A stretch of DNA of 63,407 bases, filler included. It is 15 parts of 15 records of this genome, joined end to end, with 100 filler letters (N's around TTAATTAATTAA, not from the genome) between each part and the next. Parts side by side here need not be neighbours in the genome. Positions count along the whole stretch, not along the records: positions 1 to 3,045 come from SRR7504441_92849; positions 3,146 to 6,665 come from SRR7504441_92886; positions 6,766 to 11,720 come from SRR7504441_93196; positions 11,821 to 15,368 come from SRR7504441_93551; 11 more parts are not named here. One strand, given 5' to 3'. The notes below the pieces were generated by a model. That model did not search any database. It worked only from the letters and a program-made list of their open reading frames with translations, and was not told the origin of the DNA. Both the position numbers and the translations under genes were made by a program. Below are positions 1 through 11,847 of this stretch, one piece after another (within the stretch, counting starts at the first letter, position 1; the number at the start of each line of letters is the position of its first letter).

Positions 1-180
1 TAGCAGGTGGCTCAGCAGCGCGCGCCTGCGGGCGAGGCAGCGCTTGAACCCACAGATCCTGTTTGCGTCCTTCTCGGGCAGGTGCTCGGAGGCAAACTCG
101 TCCAAGCTGTCGTCCAGCTCGCACAAGCCGCCGGCCTCCAGTGTCCACAACTGACTCCTCTGCGCTGAATCCGCCGCCAT
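1..180 (-). CDS. Probable Sfp/AASDHPPT-type 4'-phosphopantetheinyl transferase, N-terminal fragment (3' truncated)
   Basis: The minus frame from ATG at 180 reads MAADSAQRSQLWTLEAGG...EHLPEKDANRICGFKRCLARRRALLSHLL, resembling the 'L..E..RI..F....R.R.L.S.LL' start of Sfp-type PPTases. Only 60 codons are visible. Confidence 0.45.
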   Translation of the reverse strand, partial: MAADSAQRSQLWTLEAGGLCELDDSLDEFASEHLPEKDANRICGFKRCLARRRALLSHLL

Positions 181-311
181 TGCACAGCAAGTACAGTAAT
201 AGCGAGGGTTTCTGAGCCACTAATTCAAAGCTGAGCAGGAGTGTTAATCGAATACTGGCCACAGATTCTGAGTGTCAGGCCCTTTGTGGTGTACAACAGC
301 CCAAAAACGCC

Positions 312-387
312 GTCCGGAATCCGCCAGCCCGGAATCCGCCTGATCATGTGCGGTCCGGAATCCGCCAAGCCCGGATCCGGCTGATCA
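312..387 (+). repeat. ~41-nt tandem duplication built from CCGGAATCCGCC units in a divergent intergenic region
   Basis: CCGGAATCCGCC at 314-325, 329-340 and 355-366, with a variant at 371-381. Confidence 0.8.
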
Positions 388-805
388 GAAAGTTGTCAGC
401 AGCGAGCAAAATCTAGCTAGAGGTTCAGCCGCCGATCGATACCGATCGCGACATTAGCGACATGAACCTTGGCTCACGGATCGATATCGATCGATATAAT
501 AATTTTATTATCGAGTCGGATGTAACTATCGACCATCGATTAATCATGATCTAATCAATCATGACGATCATGATTGATCAAGGCCCCCGCCCCTTGGTGG
601 ATCTGCACACGGCCGGACCATGCTGCCAGTGCGCAATAAGTGCGCAACTCTAGAATCATCTTCGACTCCACGACTCCATCGCTATCACCTTACGAGTACG
701 TCTACTGCAGCTAGTACCCGCGCCGCGTCTTCAGTTCCAGGCTGATTTGCTGCAGAAGCCCAACGGTCAACCGGCAAGCGAGTGAGTCATCACACACCAG
801 GACCG

Positions 806-2823
806 ATGGCACGCGACCCAGCATCAGCCGAGACCGAGCTCCGCGCACTGTTCGCGCAGATCGACCGGAACAACAACGGGCAGCTCGCGGTTGACGAGCT
901 CCTGCGGGTGGCCGCGCTCGGGGCCCGGCGCCTGCCGAGCGGCGTTGTGCGGGTAGGTATTCGGGGAGCACGCCGGGCAGTTTCTAAGCTTCTGTGACAA
1001 GGACGCCGACATGAGCCTCAGCTGCGACGAGTGGCTGGCCGGTATTCTCAAGGACACCGCCGAGATGCCCCAGGACGAGTTCGACGCCGGTTGGATCCAA
1101 CGGATGAAGGACTGCATCGCCGCAGCGGACGCAGCCCCTCCGGTGCCCGAGCCACGCAAGGTGCCCCGCCGCTGGAGGGCGGCCACCAGCCGCGGCAGGT
1201 GGTGGATTTGATCCACGAGCGCGTGGCGGCCGGTCGGGTGCCGTGCTACTCTTTTGAGTACTTCCCACCGCGGACCCCCGAGGGTGAGCGCCGAACCACC
1301 CGGGAAGCGGCCCGAACAGAGGGCAGGGATCAGCAACCTGTACGACAGGCTGAACCGGATGGCCAAGCTGGACCCGCTCTTCATGGACTTCACCTGGGGC
1401 GCGGGCGGGTGGGCGGCCATTCAGGCCAGGCCGACCAGTGAGGGCCAGATCGACATCCGACCTGACGCTCGAGCTTTCAACCAACTGTAAGCAACAGACA
1501 GGCAGCTGGCCAGCCCTGGGCCAGCTGCTAGCCGGCGCAGGCGTTGATGTGAACATGCACCTGACCTGTACAAACATGGAAAAAGAGAAAGTTGATTTGG
1601 GCTTGAACGGTTTGCTGACGCGTCTCGTTCCCTGTGTGAGTGTTCTGCAGGTGCCAAGGACGGCAAGATCCGAAACATCTGCGCGCTACGCGGGGACAAA
1701 GCAGAAGGGCAGGTGCAGGCTTGTGTATGGTTGCAGTGTCTCACGCTGGATGCGCAGGAGACATGGACAGCGGCTGAAGGCGGGTTTACCTGCGCCCTCG
1801 ATCTGATTAAATACATCCGGGAGCACCACGGCGACTACTTTGGCATCTCATGCGCTGGGTAATCTCAACGGTTTCTGCTGGGCATTGATGTTGCGGGTTT
1901 GGGCAGCTATCCGGAAGGCCACCCCGACAACATCAAGCCGGTCGCTGAGCTGGGCCGGGAGCTCACCGAGACTGAAGCGGTGTGTTGGTGGCGTTGGCAG
2001 TGACGGTTGAGCGCGGGGGGCGCAGGCGAGGCTTGTAGTCAACCCGGATGGGGAGCAGTTTGTCTGCAGCGATGAGAATATGCAGGTGGGTTCTGGTGCA
2101 AAGCTCGCTGCTAACGCCGCTATGTTCAGGTCGAGCTCGACTATCTCAAGGCTAAGGTCGTTATATATCACATTATTATTGCGCCGTGACATCATTGATG
2201 TCTCACAATGCATTGTGGCTGAGATTTTCTCTGCAGGTGGATGCTGGAGCCGAGGTGATTATTACGCAACTGTTCTACGATGTCGAAGTGTTCCTCACCT
2301 TTGTCAAGGTGCCGACGCGCCAGCCATCTCCGGTGTATAACCGGGCCGGTGCAGAACTGTCGCGCGATGGGGATCGAAGCGCCGATTCTCCCGGGGATCA
2401 TGCCAATTCAGGCCTTTGGAGGCTTCACCCGCATGACTGGGTGATTGACACATCTGGCTCCGGATGATTGCCAAACAGGTTCTGCCGGACTCGCGTGCCT
2501 GACGACGTGAGGAACGCAATGAATGCCATCTCCAGCGACAGTGACGAAGACAAGGTAAATAGGCGCTCCAGCCAACAAGTTGCGGTGAGCATTTGCTTGC
2601 ACAGGCTGCCGTCAAGGCATACGGAATCAATCTTTCGACAGAGATGTGCCAGAGGATCCTGGCAGAGTCCGACTGTAAGGCGCTGCACTTTTACACGCTC
2701 AATTTAGAAAAGTCTGTGCTTGCAATCATGAAAAATCTTGGCTTGCTGCCGGAGTCTGCCACGGCCGAGCACGGATCTCAAGAGAACGAGGATACCACCA
2801 AGGGCACTCGGATTGCGGCATAA
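806..2823 (+). CDS. MTHFR: Methylenetetrahydrofolate reductase (catalytic barrel only) with N-terminal EF-hand pair; ~14 small introns
   Basis: Spliced motifs [69 protein letters not shown] loops [12 protein letters not shown] and [12 protein letters not shown]. Introns include 908-956, 1161-1198, 1284-1326, 1409-1448, 1502-1540. Confidence 0.95.
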
Positions 2824-3045
2824 TTTCAGTTAGTGCTCATATTTATTTAGTAGTAGACTTTACGAGCTTCCGCATTAAAGAGTTAGATTGCAACGCACAC
2901 GCACCTTTGATCGGCCGCCTATGATTCGGTTTCAGCTGGCGCGCGATTCGTACGGCGTACATGACATTCAATGTATGTTATGTCAGGAACGCCTCGAAAT
3001 TCCAGGACTACGCCGCGCTATAAGTAGTTCGTACAGCTGATTGGT

Positions 3046-3145
3046 NNNNNNNNNNNNNNNNNNNNNNNNNNNNNNNNNNNNNNNNNNNNTTAATTAATTA
3101 ANNNNNNNNNNNNNNNNNNNNNNNNNNNNNNNNNNNNNNNNNNNN
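3046..3145. other. Artificial contig spacer (N-run + TTAATTAATTAA + N-run). Also at 6666-6765, 11721-11820, 15369-15468, 19844-19943, 24537-24636, 28094-28193, 31236-31335, 34884-34983, 39675-39774, 43156-43255, 48049-48148, 55507-55606, 60186-60285
   Basis: The same 100-nt linker with stops in all frames occurs 14 times, so adjacency across spacers is not biological. Confidence 0.99.
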
Positions 3146-3755
3146 GGAGAGGGGTTTCCGCAACTGTGAGCTCAGCCGCTACCATGAGCGTGTTGGCGCA
3201 GTGCTGGACCAGATTGATCCGCTTGGCCAGCTGCTTAGTCATGGACGGATGCTTCGCGAGCACGTCCGGCCATATCACCCTTGATACGACCAAACTAACC
3301 AGCACCGCGCTGGGCGCCGCTATCTGCCAGGCCAAGAAGGCCGCCTTGGGCAGCACGCCGAGCGCGCTGCACCCGAAATAGAAGCCGAGCAGCAACCAAC
3401 TCCACTTGGTAAAGAACATCAGCTGCCGAAACCCGCCGCTCGGCACCTCGCCCGCCCGAAGCTTGGAGCCGGCCGCGTAGTGGGTCCGCTCCACCATCGC
3501 CGCCCGCGGGGTCTCCGGATAGGCCAGTCCACTGATCGCACAGGCTTCGGCGACCAGGCAGACCAGCGCGAAGCAGCCGCGCATGGTGCGCACGCCCGAG
3601 TCGCTGGGGTAGCCCGCGCCATCCGGCGACCTGGGCCAGCCCGGCGGCTCCACCGGAGTGCCGAGCAAGCAGAGCACCGCGCAAAGCAGCATCGAGAGGA
3701 TGACAGCAGCCAGCGGCCACGGCGGCTCTGCGCGCGCCAGGAGCATCTCGTCCAT
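3146..3755 (-). CDS. Multi-pass membrane protein (rolling stone / FAR-17a-like), 3' truncated
   Basis: Several TM segments, with LMFFTKWSWLL and NLVQHCAN motifs reminiscent of the Thr/His pair of this group. Confidence 0.5.
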
Positions 3756-3786
3756 CCGGAATCAAACGGCAAAAATCTGGGCTAGA

Positions 3787-5663
3787 ATGAACGTGACCGA
3801 GTGTGTGGGAAGCACTGGCCGGCTGCAGGCGGGCAAGGGCAGAGGCAAGGGTCCATCCCCAGCCCGAGGCGTCGCCACACCGCCACAGCCCAACTGGCGC
3901 GAGCGGCGGGCGCTTGCCGAGCAGGCGAGCGCGCGTGCGGCTGCAGTCGAGGCTGCCCGGCGGGAGGAGTCGCGGGGTCGCGCGAGCGGCCGGCCCATCC
4001 GGCTGCTGCTGGTCCAGAAGGATTCGCTGCCGCCCGAGGAAGCGGCCGCGCTGCTTGACCGGGAGCTGACGGCTCGACCGGCCGAGCTGGTGCTGCTGCC
4101 CGAGAATTTTATCCCGAGCGGCCAGCTGCGGCCGAGTGACCCATCCCACCCGCACCACAGGGCGATTGGGGCGGTGCTGGCCCGGCACCAGGCGACCGGG
4201 TGCATCGGAACGGGGGACGCGGTGGTGGGCCCCGGGGTTAAGGCCAAGGAATCAGTACTGCTGGGCCCGAATGGGGCGGTGCTGGCCTGCTGGGACAAAA
4301 AGTGCGTGTGGGGCGGGGGGGCGTTCAGGATGCAGCCGGGGGACGGGATGGCGCTGGCGGATACGCCGCTTGGGCGGCTGGGAGGGGTGGTCTGTGCGGA
4401 TATCGAGCAGAGCGACACCCACCGGGCAGTGCTGGCTGACGGAGGCGCCAATTTCATACTCAACCCAGTGAGCATCCCCGGGCTCGGCCGGCATGGCTAC
4501 CAGCAGTCGGGGCGCGAGAGGATGTTTGCGCGATGGCAGGCCTCGGTCTGTGGGTTTGATCAATCGCAGGCCCGCCACGCCCAGACGTGCGGCGCGGTGC
4601 TCGTGCGATGCGACCAGGCGGATGAGCTCGAGTTCGGCAGGTTCATGGTGAGGCGCCCGGCGGTCCGGCCGTCCCAGCCGGCGCGGGCAGGCCAGCTCGT
4701 GTGTGGTAACGCCTTACCTGAGCGTGTATGCGCCCGCAGCTCGCGAGTGCGTGTTTGGGTGCACTGTAATGCCTCAGGACTGGTGGGCGGTCTGGCCTGG
4801 GCGCCGCTGGATGAGGGTGCAGGCGGCCATTCGGAGTAGCCCCGGCTGTGCGCAGCACCGACCAGCTGAATAGAGGTCCAGCTGGTGAGCAGGCCAGCTG
4901 AGGGCTGCTGGCTCAGGCAACCGGGTGGAGCAATGGGAGCTCAGCATGGGATCCCGGCAGGCCGGAGCCGTGACGGCCGTCTGCTATCTGCCAGCACCAG
5001 AATCGGCAAGCTGTGCCGCAGTGGTGGCCAGCTGGCGGGGTGGGCGCAGGCTTGGCGGTAGGTGGCAGCGTTCGAGGCGGGGGCGGTGCTCCTGTGGAAG
5101 GTGCACGACAACAGCTTCCGGCCCCCGACTGAGCTCAGACCGGCCGATGGGCGAGCTCTGGCCAACCTAGTCGCTCTCGGCCCGCTTGTCGGGGCCGCGC
5201 CGGCCGCCGGTGCTCCAGGTGCGGCCTGAAAGGGCCCGCCCACCATGGGTGGTGGCAGTGGCGTGGGACGCATTCTCTCAGAGCGCAGTGCCGTGCAGTG
5301 ACAGTCTGTTGGAGCTGCTGTCTGGCCCCAGCTCGCAGCCATCCGGTCAGCTGTCCGAGCATCTAACAGCCCGGCCCTCCGGCGAGAATGTGCGCGCTGC
5401 TGCTCCCGCGGGTTAGGCGGGTTGCAGGTGGAGATTGTGCAACGCGATTCGGGCCAGCTGATGTACACGCTTCATGGTGTGCACAACGGAGAGGTGCCTG
5501 CGGGTTGATCAGCTCAGCTCAGGGCGATGAGCTAGGTGCAAGCGGCGGCGGGTGGGGGCAATCACGTGGTCGCAGGCCTGCTGGCTCGCCGGCCGAGTTG
5601 AGTTGGGCTGGCAGGGTGCGCGAATGGCGCAGTGGTGATGTGGCACTTCACCCAGAACACTAA
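3787..5663 (+). CDS. Carbon-nitrogen hydrolase (nitrilase superfamily) with a WD40-like C-terminal region; intron-containing, 3' end approximate
   Basis: Glu-Lys-Cys triad motifs LVLLPEN, WDKK, GGVVCADIE. Downstream exons read GAVTAVCYLP, AAFEAGAVLLWKV and VVAVAWD. Confidence 0.7.
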
Positions 5664-5909
5664 CCCGGCTGAGAGCCTCGACAAGGTCTTCCTTGGGTGA
5701 TAGCTGATTCGATCGAATTAATATTATACCAAGTATTGAAAAACTTCGATCGTACCCTGGTGCCCTAGTGCACTCGTTGTGCACTGGTATAGCAACCTTT
5801 GCACCTGTGTATACTGGTGTATCGTATTAATACCTTTGATTCATGAATGTCGCGTACTCGTAGCGTCGACGGTAGTCAGTTTTATCATGATTACTACCGT
5901 ATACTTGAT

Positions 5910-6665
5910 TTACTTGACACCCGTGACACTTTCATTACGCATCCATCGGGACACCACGACATAGATCGGCAGACCAATGTTCCCGACCAAGAAAGCGGTC
6001 AGGTAGCCGACCGCGTGGGCGCCAAAGCTGAGGCAGCCGTTGGGCTGGTCGTCGGCCTTGAGCGCGATGCATATGGTGTGGTAGTTGAGGTTGAGCCAGC
6101 CCATAACCTGACCAAACGTGGTCTGGTTGTCGGTGGCCGGCAGGAAGCCGTTGTTGACCGCCCACAGAGTTAACGGGAGCAGGAAGAGGAAGACCGCGAA
6201 GGCGGGCGTGTCAGCAATGTGTGCGACGAGCACAACAGCCAGCGAGGAGCACCAGCCTGAGGCGTACAGCATAAATATGAAAGACTCCGGGACAAACAGA
6301 GTGCCCGGGAAGCAGATGCCCACGATGAAACACTCGACCGCCAGCACGGGAGTCATACCTATCATGCTCGGCGCCGCACACATCAGGGTCGGCCTTGAGA
6401 TCACACCGAGCTCGCGCTCGTACCGGCACTTCTGAAACTCCTCGCTCTGAGTAGCCAGTGTGGCGAACAATGTGCCGATTACCGCCCCGAACTGGAGGAA
6501 CATCATGTACGCCCCGACTGGAGCCGACTGGAACGAAAAGTAGATGAGGAGCGCTTGGTAGGAAGCGCCAAACATGCAATAGATGGCCAAGCCAGTCTTG
6601 AGCCACAGGATCATCGCCAGCGACCAGGGCAGGTACCCCGGGTTGGCGTTCGTGCCGTCCATCGT
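5910..6665 (-). CDS. ABCG-family transporter, ABC-2 transmembrane domain (5' truncated)
   Basis: QKCRYERELG (ER motif) followed by about six hydrophobic helices and a W...LN extracellular motif. Confidence 0.75.
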   Translation of the reverse strand, partial: TMDGTNANPGYLPWSLAMILWLKTGLAIYCMFGASYQALLIYFSFQSAPVGAYMMFLQFGAVIGTLFATLATQSEEFQKCRYERELGVISRPTLMCAAPSMIGMTPVLAVECFIVGICFPGTLFVPESFIFMLYASGWCSSLAVVLVAHIADTPAFAVFLFLLPLTLWAVNNGFLPATDNQTTFGQVMGWLNLNYHTICIALKADDQPNGCLSFGAHAVGYLTAFLVGNIGLPIYVVVSRWMRNESVTGVK

Positions 6666-7340
6666 NNNNNNNNNNNNNNNNNNNNNNNNNNNNNNNNNNN
6701 NNNNNNNNNTTAATTAATTAANNNNNNNNNNNNNNNNNNNNNNNNNNNNNNNNNNNNNNNNNNNNAGACCCCGTCGCCTCGGTCGCGTTCAGACGGCGGC
6801 AGTCCGGCCGACCGGCTCCAACTGACATGTCACCAATCAGTCAAAGCCCGTCAAGAGAGCCGCTTTCGGCCGCCGATGTTGCCGATGCGGTTGTCCAGAG
6901 TTAGCTCTTGAGGCCCAAGGCTGGATGCCCACACTGATATCTTGATGATGATATGTCCGTCCAGGGCTGTAGTTATCTAGGTTGCACACAGGAACGTCGA
7001 TGTAGATGGAATAGATAGACTCCTTCGATGATCATGTCATTGCAGATTAGAATAGTGAACATTCAAAATACTAGGTATAGTGCTTAAACATAACAAGCTA
7101 ACAATTGAGATTGAGGAATACCGTACACGTGTACATCGGTACGCAGTCGCTGTACACCCAGTGCTGGCTTGCGTGGTAGCTGTACCGTTGCCGTTGACGG
7201 CGAGATGATGTATTGGCCGGCTGTGCTTTCCGGAACCAAGCGAGTGTGCGCCGGAGCCACTGGTGTACCCTGCAACGTTCGCCGTCGTCGCACGCCAGCC
7301 TGCTCCCAGACCCACCCAGATTCGTAGCTTCCACACACAC

Positions 7341-10300
7341 ATGGGAAGGAAGGCGAAGAGGGCGCAGTCGAACAAGAGCGAGGGCGGGAAGGCGCGCCGG
7401 TTCCAGGTGACTGCCGTGGCCTTCTCAGTCACGCACTCCTGGGCTGCAGGTCGGTGACGAAGTGCTCTGTAAGATCGGGGGAGCTGGCGTGATCAATAAC
7501 TACGGACGGAAAGCCTGGGTGCGTGGGAGGGTGACCCGGGTCTTTCGGAAGGGTTCTCCGGCATATGAAATACTGCCTGGAGACAGCGATACCAATCCGG
7601 ATAGCCAGCCGACCACTGCGCCCTCAGATGAAGATCATGTTGTTCGGCGCTACAGCGAAGAGGTGGACGCACTGGAGTGTCGATATGGCCCAGACACCTT
7701 TGTGCTGTTTCGAGGCGGTGAAGACTCGTCCGATGCAGACTCGTCCGATGAGGGTTCGTCTGATGAAGGTTCGTCTGATGAAGACTCGTCTCGTCATTGG
7801 AATTCGGGGTTCATCCTTGAAACCTGGTGCTATGGAGGTAATGGCACATTATATCCTTATTTGTTAGACAACGGATGGTATGTTCCAGAGAACTTTGTGA
7901 CATGTTGCCCCTGTAATGGGAGCATTGAGGATCTGCCTCTGCGTACACGGCTGGAAAAAGCTGCGGCACACTGTTGCATAGAGCATCTCAGGGCTATAGC
8001 TTGCCAGAATGAGCTGGACGTTAGACTGCTGGCTCCAGAGAGCATGCTCGAGATTGCGGCTGCAGAGGGCAATGCTGCGGCACTCTGGTGGTTGCTGTTC
8101 GAGAAGGGCGTTGAAATACCGGGATTGGACTCAAAGGGGAAGAGTCTTATGCATCGTTTGGTCACGGGGAAAGATCCAGCACCTTTTTTGACAATGATCT
8201 GCACGGATTTTAAGTGTAAAGATTGGATTGCATACAACAATGTAACCTCCAGGCTACTTCTATCAACTGATCGGGGTAGCCAGACAGTGCTGCATGATAT
8301 TGCGGTGAAAGGGGATGAGAAGCTGATGGCAATTCTCACATCGCCCAAGATGATGGAAGTTGTTCGTAGAGTGCGGTCCAAACAAGATGGCCTGCGGCTT
8401 TACGAGTGCAAAGATAGCAATGGCCGGACTGCGGTAGACTGTGCAAGGATCTTAGGACATCTCAACTGCGAAAAGTTTCTGGAAGATCTTGCAGTGGGTG
8501 CCGTGCTACTAGATATGAAGGGTTCTAGTGTTTATGACAGAGATAAGAAGTTCTCTGTCGACCACTGGAAAGCAGAATGGGAAGCAATTGGGGTCTCAGA
8601 TATCGCGACACTTGTGCTCGCGCCTGACCAAGCAGCTCACCTGGAGGTGTTTTTGCACAAGGCTGTTCTAATTGGGCAGATTGAAATGGCAAAGTGGCTT
8701 GTAAATGAATGGAAGATCAATCCTGGCTGCACATGCACCATGTACAGGGATGAGCCTGAGAATCTAGGGTTGCTCGGCCGCATAGTTTTCAACAACCCAC
8801 ATCACATTAAACTGGAAGAGCACGACCGATGCCAGGGAGTTTTCCAGAGACGTTATCGTGATAAGCATCATGAAAGTGATAACGAGGAACACAAATACTT
8901 GCAACGGCAAGCGCGAAGAATTTACAACAAAATGATTGTAGGACAAGCGACTAGGTATCAGACTCAGGAGTGGGATGGTGTGAGTGACTTCGGAGAAGCC
9001 GCACGCAGAGCTTATAAAGCATGCTTGAACACAGACAGGGATTCAATGGTTGGTTACGACCTACAAAAGGAGCTTGAAGGAAGAATTGCCATCCTTGAGG
9101 ACTCGCCTGATCTTGAGGCCTTGCTGCAAATTTCAGAATGGCTCCTTACAATACTGCCTCAGCCTCGGCAATTGCCACCACTTCAGTACTTCATTTTGTA
9201 CAGGCACTGTGGATTGCTTGCATGGTTTGTTCAGCGTGGTCTTGTAGACCTGGATGCTCATGCTGCACCAGAATTGCTCGAGTATGCAAGATCTGTGGCA
9301 GAACAGTACGTCAATGATAACATGTGTACCAAGCAAGTGTTACTCATACTCAGTACCATATATGGAGACTTCCGGACTATGGAATGGCTCATCACCACGA
9401 TGGCTGCTGATCCGTGTCTACAATCAAATGGCTACAATCTGTTGCACATCGCAGCGAAGCATCAGGAACTAGAGGTGGCAGTGTGGTTGGTTCGAAATCA
9501 TTTGGTGCCGCTCACTGCTGTCAACAGCGCTGGTGAAGATGCAGCAATTATCGCAATGGCGCAGGGGTTTTTACTTTTAGGCGAATTTCTTATGGAGCAG
9601 GGCAGTCTTGGTGCTGAGGATGCAAATGGACACGATGTAGTATGGCATGCTTTGCAATCTGGGGAGGAAGATGTCGTGAAATGGGCTAAAAAACGGTCAA
9701 GAAAGAAAGAACAGCAGGCCCGGTTCCCAGCTTTTCTGCAAGACCTGACAAATCTAGGAGCACTCGTTTTTGGCGGCAAACTGGATAAGGCTTTACTGCA
9801 TATCGAAGAGACCGATTGCCTTGAGCACAGTAAGATCGAGACTGTCTTCGAGGAAGGCCCAGATTCATGGTACGAAGCACAAAGGCCGATCTTTGTTAAC
9901 GAGGGCTCACAAATTCGGTGTGTGTGGGATCCAGAGAAGCACCAATGCATGGGAGACATGCTGTTAAAAGTGGCACGTTCAGACCACATCGATCTATTCA
10001 GTACACTGCATCACCTTATAGGCCGAAAGTCTTATGGTGTTAACAGCTTATTTGGTCCCACTCACAGAAAGTCTTATGGTGTTAATCCACTCACAGAAGA
10101 GTGTGCCTTGGAAGCAGCGCAGTCGCGTCAGCATTCAATGAAGCAACATATACTAGAGGTACTGGCCCCAAGCATACAAGAAGACAAGGAGAGCAAAAGG
10201 ATCAGGGAAGAAAAGAATGCCAAGTGGCGAGCTCTGCAACCTTGGTTCGACAAGTTACGCGCCCTGGATCATAGCATGGAGTCTGGTGCTGATGTGCATG

Positions 10301-11720
10301 TCATCAAGGAGCAGCTGGATGCAGTCCTCCAGGCCCCAGCTGAAGTCTTTGACGTAAAGACACCCGAGGTTGACTGGATGTTGTGGTTTCAGCAGGACGG
10401 CATGCTTGCTGCACACAGACTAGAAAATGAGTATGCAATTAAGATAGTGCTTCCCCGGTCAAGCCAGATTGTGAAGTGGCTTCTTGAAACTGGGCGATGG
10501 AATGACCGTCAGTCGCTTACAACTGCGTTTGTTTCTGCAGCGGAGCAGGGGCTACTCGATGTGTTGCAGGTAATCTGGTACAAAGCCAATCCTCCAATTG
10601 GCGCAGAAGCCGCTATTAGTGCACTTGTACGGGTCTTCAAACATTACTTCGAAGCAAGCTGGGAGAGGGATCATAGCAGGTCCATATCAGTCGACATTTC
10701 ACTAGTGCAGTTCTTATTTGATGCTGTGCGAGACTCAGGCGGTGACGTCAATGCTTTCGTCAATGATGAGGATGGCGACGATACCGAAAATGTTCTTTCT
10801 GCAGTGCTGCGATGCTTGGATTGTGGGAGACGAAATCTACCGGCACCGGTGCCTATCGCTCAGTGGATTCTTGCGCAGCCTGACATCAATATCAATAGGC
10901 GAGATCCATCTGATGTCCACCTTGCAAGCATCATTCTGTATGGTCCGGGCAGATACAATGCCCTCAGCGACCTTACTCCTGAGGATGCTTTAGTACAGGC
11001 TGAATTGTTTCAAACGTTTGTTGCGCGAGGCATGGAATTGTCCTTGAACGATGTGTCGAAAACGACCTTCCATTTTCGGCACCTGTGTCAAGTGCCCATT
11101 GTACAATATCTCTCGGAGGTGATCGGATTAGATATACAGCCAGATAGCCAGGACGCCAAAAATAAGCTCAATTTGAGCATCTTTCGGGATCCCTGCTTCA
11201 TAACGATTCCAAGAGATGCCAAGGCGTTGGGACTGGCCTTGACGCAGTTGCAGCACGAACAGAATGCTCGATGGCAGCTGATTGATAAAGCTGGTAAGGC
11301 GATGGCAATCGAGGAGTTGAGACAACTCCATTCAGCTAGCCAAGCCATTCTGCGAAATCGGTTGGGAGCAAATCTCCTTCACATAGCTGCATTCAGTAAT
11401 CGTGTCGATGTTCTTGAATGGATGTGGTCGGAGCAACCCTTACTTTGTCGGGCTATGAGCATCCAACCAGACAATGAAGGACGCACAGCTTTGCAACTTG
11501 CTTCTGCTGCAGCAGCAGTTGAAACACAGAAGTGGTTGGAGAGGTTTGAAGGTCTTAAAAGGGGTGCTATTCTTGTTACAGCACGATATCGGCAACGCAA
11601 GGCCGTCATCGAGATAGGCCAGCGCCAGGCCGCCATCATCCTGCTGCAAGCTAGATGGCGAGGTCATAGCGTGCGTAATTTGCACTGGGGTGCTCTTTTG
11701 CAGCAGCTCGAGGCCAGACA
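7341..11720 (+). CDS. Large ankyrin-repeat protein with C-terminal IQ motifs (3' truncated)
   Basis: ATG 7341 plus intron 7407-7449 joins RFQ|VGDEVLCK to the 1436-aa ORF. ANK motifs (NLLHIAAK, GRTAVDCA, NLLHIAAFSN, GRTALQLA) and IQ-like LLQARWRGHSVR. Confidence 0.85.
7724..7790 (+). repeat. 15-bp coding tandem repeat (SSDxx x4)
   Basis: TCGTCYGATG units encode DSSDADSSDEGSSDEGSSDEDSS. Confidence 0.85.
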
Positions 11721-11847
11721 NNNNNNNNNNNNNNNNNNNNNNNNNNNNNNNNNNNNNNNNNNNNTTAATTAATTAANNNNNNNNNNNNNNNNNNNNNNNN
11801 NNNNNNNNNNNNNNNNNNNNGAGGAGAGGGCGGCAGCGCTGGCAGCC

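Noticed and set aside
3090-3101. Recurring TTAATTAATTAA as a biological repeat or CRISPR-like array
   Set aside because: It is always centred in N-runs, so it is an artificial contig linker.
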